Assembly: GCA_043803745.1 (NCBI GenBank)
Contig: JAZDJS010000015.1
Location: forward strand, 26,017-90,016
Direction: 5' to 3'
From: an archaeon
Lineage (GTDB): Archaea; SpSt-1190; DYHY01
Length of the DNA: 64,000 nt
The notes below the pieces were generated by a model. That model was given only the letters and a program-made list of their open reading frames with translations, made no database searches and had not been told where the DNA came from. Numbering within the stretch: position 1 is the first letter of the stretch; every line of letters begins with the position of its first letter. A program made the translations under genes and the position numbers. Below, piece by piece: positions 57,446 to 64,000 of this stretch.

Positions 57446-57511
57446 ACCAGATGATGAAGTGAACACACGCTGACTCTAAACGGATGAGGAACAGGAGTAG
57501 CTTCTGATGGT
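57446..57511 (+). ncRNA. box C/D sRNA (2'-O-methylation guide)
   Basis: box C ATGATGA at 57451, D' CTGA at 57470, C' TGAGGA at 57485, D CTGA at 57504; 12- and 13-nt guides; terminal stem ACCA/TGGT; intergenic. Confidence 0.85.
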
Positions 57512-57524
57512 GCGCAGCTGCCTG

Positions 57525-57854
57525 CTATTTTTTCCGCCGGCTGATTAGCGCGTCGTTTATTTCCCTTACAATTGCATCAAGCTCTTTCCCGGCCAGCCCG
57601 TGTACCTGAGCCCCCTGCTCAAGAGTTTCGAACGGGCTCACATGGCAGCCAATGCAGTGGAAGCCCCGGGAAAGCAGGATTTCAACGGCTTCCGGGTGTT
57701 TTGAAACAAGTTCTCCGATGAGGATTTTCTTCGTCACACTTCCTTTGGAAGAGGAGGATGCGGAAGCTTTTTTGTTCGCTCGCCTTTTTGCAAGAGCCTT
57801 AGGCACCATATCTCTCCCGGACGAGAAGTCCCCTTTTATCCCTTTCCGCCTCAT
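57525..57854 (-). CDS. DUF1858 domain protein
   Basis: IGELV..HPEA..IL...GFHCIGC.....ETLEQGA.VHG. Confidence 0.88.
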   Translation of the reverse strand: MRRKGIKGDFSSGRDMVPKALAKRRANKKASASSSSKGSVTKKILIGELVSKHPEAVEILLSRGFHCIGCHVSPFETLEQGAQVHGLAGKELDAIVREINDALISRRKK

Positions 57855-58291
57855 TTCAGAACGACGTGGTATTCGAAGAAGGCTCCGAGGAGGAGCGCCA
57901 GAACGGCAAGCACAATGCCGCTTCCCCTTGCGGCAACCACATAAGCGAAAACCTCAAGTGAAACGTGCGGAAGCCTCCTCAGGAATTCCCCGGCAGAAAC
58001 CGCTGCGGTTGTCCCGAAGAAGCCAAGCACGAAGCCGACCGTCCCTATCAGGAGCGCGGCGAGGTTCTTGTGTTTCGGGAATTTCGGGGGAAGATAGTGA
58101 AGGAGCCCTGCAATCAGGAGATTCCCAAGAAAAATCCGTCCGATAGTCACAGGACCGAATCCCTTCAGGAAAGTAACATATCCTATTTTCAGGTTCATCA
58201 GGGAAAGGATGATGTTTGCAATAGGCCCCGCTCCAAGCCCAAGGAGGAACCCTCCTACAAGTCCGAAGACGGTTTTCTCAAGGCGGAGCAT
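57851..58291 (-). CDS. SpoIIM-like membrane protein
   Basis: IFLGNL, LPH..LE..AY and LL.GA..E motifs; likely ATG at 58291. Confidence 0.65.
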   Translation of the reverse strand: MLRLEKTVFGLVGGFLLGLGAGPIANIILSLMNLKIGYVTFLKGFGPVTIGRIFLGNLLIAGLLHYLPPKFPKHKNLAALLIGTVGFVLGFFGTTAAVSAGEFLRRLPHVSLEVFAYVVAARGSGIVLAVLALLLGAFFEYHVVLK

Positions 58292-58357
58292 TTCCCGCTT
58301 TTTGTCTCCCCATGCCACATGCCAGCCAGGCAAACTCCTTTCTTAAATCCTTTCGTT

Positions 58358-58430
58358 CAGGAACCCTTTTGCTGATGCAAAAGCGTTTGGTCCTCAGACC
58401 ATCGGTGCTGCAGCACGGACACGGAAAAAA
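58358..58430 (-). repeat. interspersed structured repeat homologous to 13344-13424
   Basis: reverse complement reads CCGTGTCCGTGCTGCAGCACCGATGGTCTGAGGACCAAACG...AAAAGGGTTCCTG. Confidence 0.85.
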
Positions 58431-58450
58431 ATGTAAAATGGAAACCTGCG

Positions 58451-58640
58451 CGCTCAAGAACCCCTTGAAAATATCAGGTGGGTTGAGACATCGGCCAAAG
58501 TCCACTAAATGCGATTGAACGCAGAAAACGTGTTTAGTGGGACTGACGAAGGGATTTCCTCAAGCTACAGCTTGTGAGACCTCGCTAAAACGCTCGGGAA
58601 CCCTTGACAAATCTAGGTGGGTTGAGGCGTCCGCAAGGAC
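58451..58640. repeat. two imperfect ~45-bp direct repeats 140 bp apart, downstream of tRNA-Ile
   Basis: CGCTCRRGAACCC(C)TTGA..AAT...AGGTGGGTTGAG at 58451 and 58591. Confidence 0.8.
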
Positions 58641-58683
58641 AAGCCGAAATCCAACAGCGCCAAAGTCAAATCAAGCTTGGCGC

Positions 58684-58761
58684 TGGTGGGCACGAAGGGA
58701 TTTGAACCCTTGACCTCTGCCTTATCAGAGCAGCGCTACTACCGACCTGAGCTACGCGCCC
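58684..58761 (-). tRNA. tRNA-Ile(GAT)
   Basis: GGGCGCG/CGTGCCC acceptor stem, CTGATAA anticodon loop, TTCAAAT T-loop, encoded CCA. Confidence 0.95.
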
Positions 58762-58819
58762 GCGGGAGTGCCCCGCGCACCCCTTTTTTAAAAGCTTGTT
58801 TGTTGCATTGTGCCGAGCG

Positions 58820-59080
58820 CTACTTCCGTCTCCTCTTTTTTTGGGCAGCAATTGTCTTGGGTTTTTCAGCCGGGCCGGTGTTAATCCCGAGGACTGCGTA
58901 AAGCGGGCAGAAGCCGATTATTGCGGTTGTTGCGAGTATTGCCGAGATAACATATGCAATTGTTTGGAGCCCCTCTTCCAGGAAGAAGAATCCTGCAATA
59001 AGGAAAACTCCGGATGCCAGCGCCCGGACCATCCTGTCAGTCTCTCCCTCGTTCCTTTTCAGACAAGTGCATGAGCACAT
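58820..59080 (-). CDS. DUF2892 (YgaP-like) membrane protein
   Basis: N.G.TDR..R and TA..GFCPLY..LGINT motifs. Confidence 0.88.
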   Translation of the reverse strand: MCSCTCLKRNEGETDRMVRALASGVFLIAGFFFLEEGLQTIAYVISAILATTAIIGFCPLYAVLGINTGPAEKPKTIAAQKKRRRK

Positions 59081-59188
59081 AATCGTTCCTGCCCGCCCAA
59101 GAATTTAAGCTTATTGAGGTTTTCGGCTTTGCCCAACAAGTCAAAAAGTAGGGTGACTTTATGGGCAAAATGAGGACTTTTTGGGCAA

Positions 59189-59821
59189 TTAGAACTGTAC
59201 GGTTGGGTCGCCTGTTTGAATAAAGCAATCTAGGTCGTTTTTGAGCCAGACTAACTGATCGAATGAACCCGGTTCGAAGCTACCTTCTGCTTTAATTATG
59301 GCGCTTTCGAAGGCTTTAATGGCTGATTGATAGACATCTCCTACAGTATTTCCTTTTAGCAAAGAGACCGCTATCCTATTTGTTATGTTCATAAATGGCA
59401 TAGCTTGTGGATCTTCTGTAGGTGTAAACCCTAGGCCAGGGTCCATAGGAAACCCAAAAACTGAAGTGAATCCTAGAAATGCTTTGGTTTTTGTTGGGTT
59501 TTCTTCAAAAGCTTGCCCAACAAAGCATACTCTGGCGAAGATAATTGTGCTCTTCAAATCATCAGACGTTTTAACATTAATTAGCTCTTCTTCAGCTTTC
59601 CCTAAGATACTGGTGGGGGTGCCGTGACAATTGAAAACTATTAGTCCCGGACTTCGCGCAAGGCTTGCTTTGAATCTTTCTTTTGCAGATTCTTTGAAGC
59701 CTAAATCGTCAATATCGATTCCATTGCCCTTAGCGAATTCAAGTATCTCTGAACTCCATTGAGACAGATAGTTTAGTTCGTCTTTGTCATCTGGGCGGAC
59801 AACTAAGACGCGTTTACTCAA
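59189..59821 (-). CDS. caspase/gingipain-fold (peptidase C25/CHAT-like) cysteine protease, stand-alone catalytic domain
   Basis: LIVFNCHG (His66), IIFARVC (Cys99), AFLGF, L.KG.TVGD and terminal GDP; TTG start with GGTGA RBS. Confidence 0.7.
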   Translation of the reverse strand: MSKRVLVVRPDDKDELNYLSQWSSEILEFAKGNGIDIDDLGFKESAKERFKASLARSPGLIVFNCHGTPTSILGKAEEELINVKTSDDLKSTIIFARVCFVGQAFEENPTKTKAFLGFTSVFGFPMDPGLGFTPTEDPQAMPFMNITNRIAVSLLKGNTVGDVYQSAIKAFESAIIKAEGSFEPGSFDQLVWLKNDLDCFIQTGDPTVQF

Positions 59822-59824
59822 AAA

Positions 59825-60043
59825 TTATTCACCTTTTTTGAATGATCGTATTCCCTTCATATAGACGGCGGTTACTAGTTTGCCTATCTCGTCTTGTAAC
59901 TGTACGTGTTCAATTAATTCTTCCTTAGAGAAAGTACCGCTACTGCCCATAAATGTCTTCATAGTTGAGGGCATTATTTGAAGTCTAGCTAGGACGAGGT
60001 TTATTTCATCTTTACTTAATTGGGTTTCGGGGTTTGTTTCCAT
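59825..60043 (-). CDS. small hypothetical protein (72 aa), operon partner of the protease
   Basis: ATG with GAGG upstream; stop 3 nt before the protease start. Confidence 0.75.
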   Translation of the reverse strand: METNPETQLSKDEINLVLARLQIMPSTMKTFMGSSGTFSKEELIEHVQLQDEIGKLVTAVYMKGIRSFKKGE

Positions 60044-60061
60044 GTTGTCATTCCTCTGTGA

Positions 60062-60256
60062 TTATATTATACCCATCGTTACTAGCTTTTCTGCTATTTT
60101 TATACCTATCTCAGTACCTCCTAATATCTCTTTGTATGCCCTATCCCAGCTTATTGGACCATAGGGCTCTAGAACGACAACTGGGTTCAGTCGTTCTGAT
60201 GGAGGTAGACTATCGAAAACCTTCAAGAATCTGACCTTGTTTGGATTCTCGACCAT
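60062..60256 (-). CDS. small hypothetical protein (64 aa), first gene of the protease operon
   Basis: ATG ~23 nt downstream of a TTTTAAATA box; similar pattern to 59825-60043. Confidence 0.75.
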   Translation of the reverse strand: MVENPNKVRFLKVFDSLPPSERLNPVVVLEPYGPISWDRAYKEILGGTEIGIKIAEKLVTMGII

Positions 60257-60320
60257 CTCTCTGTTTTGATTATTTCAAGTATTTAAAAGCGTTACTTTTA
60301 AGGGCCATTTATCAAAGATT

Positions 60321-61337
60321 TTAGGAGTGCTGTTTGTTTTCAAAGAAATCCGGCGTAATCCCTATCTCGTGCATCTCTTGGATTATGACGCATAGATTGT
60401 GACAGAGGACCTTGCAGAGTATCTCGTTCTTCTGCCCGATCTCCGTCTTGTTCCTCAGCCGGTTCCCGAACTTGGCTTTTATCATCGAGAAGCAAGTCTC
60501 GATATTGCTTCTCTTGTGGTAGTGCTGAAGGAACTCGTCCCGGTTGAGCTGGAAATAGTAATACATACGTTTCCAGATAGGCGAACCAAGGGCGCGCCCT
60601 TTGCTATTTGATTTGAAAGGAATGAACGGTGTCGCTCCAAGAGACTCTACAGTCTCAAGGTTTCGCCGACTCAGATATGCCTTGTCGGCGGAGACCTCAA
60701 GCACTCGAAAACCCTGTGCGGTTTCCTCTACAAGCTCTTGGAACTCAACAACATCGGCAGAGTGCCCGCCGGTTACCTTGACCGCTGTGATTATATTGGT
60801 AGTCGTTCCGCAACAGGCGTGAGCCTTCATCCACTTCTGCTTGTAGGTTTCCTTTCCCCATTTATGGTCGAACCACCGTGCGAACTGGCTGCTGCCGAAG
60901 CCAGTGGAATCAATGGCGAAGGATGTCTCGACTGTCGCGAGGGGAAGGGAAGACTTGCGGATTAGTTCTTCTAGAAGGTCGGTGAGTTCCCAGCTGTTGA
61001 AGCCATTGATTACGCTGTTGTAGCAGGGCCTCTTTGTCAAGTATCCTTTCTCGCAAGCGAAGCGTATATCTGAATCTGTCCTCCGACTTGACGCTCCAGA
61101 GAAGACCTTGAGGGCGCAGCAGAAGGCTAGTTCTCCAAGATTCAGCTTCGGTCTTCCGAAGTTTTGCTCTTGCTCGAAGGTTGTGATGTCCTTCAGGAGA
61201 CGAAGGAATAGTTCCTTCTCGATGGTCTGTGCCCGGTTGTAGGCGGGCCAGTTTTGGGAGTAGTTTTGGCGCTGCGGATTCGAAAGTGTTTTATCCTCCT
61301 CGTGCGTTATTTCCCCCGCAGGGGTGTGTTCTTCCAT
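60321..61337 (-). mobile_element. DDE transposase (IS5/IS4-like)
   Basis: NWPAYN, AIDSTGF, ADKAY and YHKRSNIETCFSMIKAKFG motifs; no terminal inverted repeats recognised. Confidence 0.85.
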
Positions 61338-61391
61338 AGGGCACCTCTTGTGTCAAGCAGGACAGGCCTCGAAACTTGCCTGCTTGGCGAT

Positions 61392-61477
61392 TGGCGCGGA
61401 GGTCGGGACTCGAACCCGAATGTCCTGGAGGACGCTCGCTCTTAAGGCGAGTGCGTTTGCCGTTCCGCCACCTCCGC
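61392..61477 (-). tRNA. tRNA-Leu(TAA), long variable arm, G73 discriminator
   Basis: GCGGAGG/CCTCCGC acceptor stem, CTTAAGA anticodon loop, GTCC-TCCA-GGAC variable arm, TTCGAGT T-loop, ends G-CCA. Confidence 0.9.
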
Positions 61478-61603
61478 GCTGATTACTAATTATTACTACT
61501 TTCTACTATTTAAATGTTACTATTTGTATCTAGTCCTTACTTAGAAGGGCAACGACGCACAGTAGTAAGATTTATAAGAGGGAATAGGGTTATTACATAG
61601 AAA

Positions 61604-62302
61604 ATGGGAAAACTCGGACAATACGACTATCCTGATCTGAGCTTTACGCTCGCATTGCAGTCCGTAAAAGAGCTTGATTCAAAACTCAAAGGAGACGAGA
61701 TGACTCTCGAAGGTATGTCCTCGGCTCTTGGGCACGGAACGCACAAGAGCGGCGGCTTTCTTATGAAGATTGCCGATTTGAGGCGTTTTGGGCTTCTTTC
61801 TGGGCGAGGCAAGATGACTCTTTCGGATCTGGCCAAGCGCATCTTATATCCTACAAACCCAGAAGAAGAACGCGCAGCGCTCACTGAAGCGTTTATGAGC
61901 GTGCAGCTATTCAAGGAGATATACAACCGGTTTGGAGCAACCGAGCCGTCAGAGAGCGACATAAACACCTTTCTCCTTAATTTCACTAAACAGGACCGAG
62001 GAATCATCGCTAAAAAAGCAGTTAACATTAGGAAGTCTTATATTGAGGGTATGAGCAGGATTGGTAATATGGCAAATACACCAGGTCAAGTTATTCCTGC
62101 AAGCAGGTCCTTCTCTCCCTCAGCGATTCCTGGACGCACAGTCTCTGGGAATCCCAATGTGTTTGAAAAGAGTTTCGGGGATATCTTTATCAGCATCCCA
62201 AAAACGAAAGCTGCTCTCGAAGAGCTCAATGCTCTCTATCCGATAATAAAGAAACAGATAGAGCGAGAAGTTTCCGAGGCTACAGAAAAGAAAGAGAATT
62301 AA
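61604..62302 (+). CDS. winged-helix domain protein (DUF5343-like)
   Basis: YP..S...AL, ALGH....SGGF..KIA.LR.FGLL and LSDLA..IL.P pattern. Confidence 0.6.
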   Translation: MGKLGQYDYPDLSFTLALQSVKELDSKLKGDEMTLEGMSSALGHGTHKSGGFLMKIADLRRFGLLSGRGKMTLSDLAKRILYPTNPEEERAALTEAFMSVQLFKEIYNRFGATEPSESDINTFLLNFTKQDRGIIAKKAVNIRKSYIEGMSRIGNMANTPGQVIPASRSFSPSAIPGRTVSGNPNVFEKSFGDIFISIPKTKAALEELNALYPIIKKQIEREVSEATEKKEN

Positions 62303-62303
62303 G

Positions 62304-64000
62304 TCACTTCATAGACGCTTCAACAATATTCCGTTCCCCTTCGGTTAAACCGTAGATATCATAGACGAGGCGGTCTATCTCGGCATCTGCGCGCTTGATC
62401 TCGTCCTCCAGCCTCTGGCGCTCGGAGGTCTGCTTGTCGCCGAAGGATTGGAGTTGTTTGTTTAGGGAGAGCAGTTTATCTACGAGGGCGACTACTTTAT
62501 CTTGAGTATTGTCAGATTTTATTGGCAGTTCTAAAAAGGCGTTTTTTGCTACGCTCAGTACCTTATACTTTTGAAGGTAGTAATAGTTCAAAACTTTTGA
62601 ATTGATTAGCGCAACAAGATATTTCAAAATATGTGAGTCTTTGTTCTTGAGCAGAAGTGCGTCCTTTATGTAATATCCTTGATCGTCAAAAGTACACACC
62701 AGCTTCTTGGCTATATCCATTATTACTATCTTGGGTTCTTCGAATCGTTGTGGCTCCCCGGGGCGAGCGGTATTTTTGTTTTTTCTCATTAACTCAGGTT
62801 TGTAAAAAACGTATTCATCTTTGAACTTAACGTAGTACCTTCCGAAATCGCTTCTTCTCAATAGTTTTTTGTATTCGGTACCATTCTTTGGGGCAAAAGT
62901 CAAAAACTTATCATCATCGGCAGTTTTTAGTCCATAAAAGAAATCCACACGGTCTTTCAGCTTTGTTGATGAGGTATCTATTTTCTTAACAAGTTTCTCA
63001 GAAGGTCCAGTACTCAAATCGAATATGCCTTCTTTATCCAATACAGCTTGTTTCTTTATTCCTAGTTTACTGATTTTTGAGTTCTCATCTATACTGAGGA
63101 GTTCTACAGAGTTTCTTTTCCTTGCTTCCTCGGAGCTACACCGCTCGAAAACAAATATTAAGGTTTCAACCGTCGCATCTTGGAATACTTTTTTTGGAGC
63201 AATGGTTATAGAAGTTATCTTACATTTTTGATTGATATAGGAGCGCAAATCTTCAAAACTTTCTAATGAGAGCCAGGTATGAGGAACTATAAGCGAGATT
63301 TCTCCTTTTTCTTTCAATAAATCTATTCCCCTCTCAATAAATGCAGCATACAAGTCTCCTTTGGCTTTGACTACCTTGCTGTGCTTCCACAAGTATCTTT
63401 TCGTTCTTTCATCAATCTTATGAGGACGAACATATGGCGGATTCCCAATTATCACGTCAAACCCGCCCTCATTCATTATCCCAGCGAACCTCTCCTCCCA
63501 CTTGAAAGCCGTCCCGGGGGCGACCTTCTCATCATCGATGAGGGAGTTGCCGTGCTGGATATTGTCCTTGAGGAGAGGCAGCCTGTGCCTAGTCTCGGCC
63601 GTCTTCAGGAGGAGGTTCAATTGCGCTATCTCCACCGCCTTGGCATCCAAGTCGACTCCGAAAATGCTGTTCTGGAGTATCTGGGCTTTCTTCTTGATGT
63701 TTATGTCCTCATCGGAGCTGCCCAGTTTAGCCTGTGCCACTCTGCCCTGCTTCTTAGCGTAATACTCATCGAAAACCTCGAACGCCTTCAGAAGGAATGA
63801 GCCGCTCCCGCAAGCCATATCTAGGACCTTGATCTTGTCCGCGTCCTCCGGCTTCTTCAGCCCTTTCAAGACCTCCCCTAACGTGTTCCTGACGATGTAA
63901 TCGACGATGTAGCCAGGGGTGTAGTAGATTCCCTGCTCCTTCCTATGAGACTGTATTCTCCCTATGTATTTCTCATACATCGAGCCGAGGATGTCAGCCG
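62304..64000 (-). CDS. type IIG/Eco57I/TaqI-like N6-adenine DNA methyltransferase with TRD (5' truncated by window)
   Basis: GIYYTP, LDMACGSGSFL, FDVIIGNPPY, YL.ALINS and IDRLVYDIYGLT motifs; frame is open to the window end. Confidence 0.93.
   Translation of the reverse strand, partial: ADILGSMYEKYIGRIQSHRKEQGIYYTPGYIVDYIVRNTLGEVLKGLKKPEDADKIKVLDMACGSGSFLLKAFEVFDEYYAKKQGRVAQAKLGSSDEDINIKKKAQILQNSIFGVDLDAKAVEIAQLNLLLKTAETRHRLPLLKDNIQHGNSLIDDEKVAPGTAFKWEERFAGIMNEGGFDVIIGNPPYVRPHKIDERTKRYLWKHSKVVKAKGDLYAAFIERGIDLLKEKGEISLIVPHTWLSLESFEDLRSYINQKCKITSITIAPKKVFQDATVETLIFVFERCSSEEARKRNSVELLSIDENSKISKLGIKKQAVLDKEGIFDLSTGPSEKLVKKIDTSSTKLKDRVDFFYGLKTADDDKFLTFAPKNGTEYKKLLRRSDFGRYYVKFKDEYVFYKPELMRKNKNTARPGEPQRFEEPKIVIMDIAKKLVCTFDDQGYYIKDALLLKNKDSHILKYLVALINSKVLNYYYLQKYKVLSVAKNAFLELPIKSDNTQDKVVALVDKLLSLNKQLQSFGDKQTSERQRLEDEIKRADAEIDRLVYDIYGLTEGERNIVEASMK

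Noticed and set aside
58451-58640. Mini-CRISPR or hammerhead ribozyme (CTGACGA at 58543)
   Set aside because: Only two diverged repeats with a ~95-bp spacer; no properly placed GAAA and stems to complete a hammerhead core

Overview
Archaeal chromosome segment, probably a DPANN-type lineage. This is inferred from the gene set (PolD DP2, archaeal histone, RadA, RPA, Hef, Lhr, EF-1beta, SecDF, geranylgeranyl reductase, archaeosortase) plus many orphan genes. About 1-59 kb is mostly compact housekeeping, envelope and transport genes. The window holds four intron-less tRNAs with encoded CCA (Arg-GCG, Gln-CTG, Ile-GAT, Leu-TAA), a box C/D sRNA and a 38-aa L41e gene missing from the ORF track. Its intergenic spaces carry a family of structured repeats, including a 150-bp IS200/IS605-type mini-element and a recurring TCCGTGC-Nx-GCACCGA hairpin. 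An AT-richer zone at ~26.5-32.8 kb contains an array of phased 9-bp repeats (possible origin or partition site). From ~59.1 kb to the window end lies an AT-richer accessory island with a DDE transposase, an atypical tRNA-Leu(TAA) with G73, a wHTH protein and a type IIG/TaqI-like N6-adenine methyltransferase. The island also holds the best candidate for an undescribed system: a three-gene operon encoding a minimal caspase/gingipain-fold (His-Cys) protease and two small, apparently mutually related proteins. All calls come from reading motifs by eye; no database searches or computations were run.
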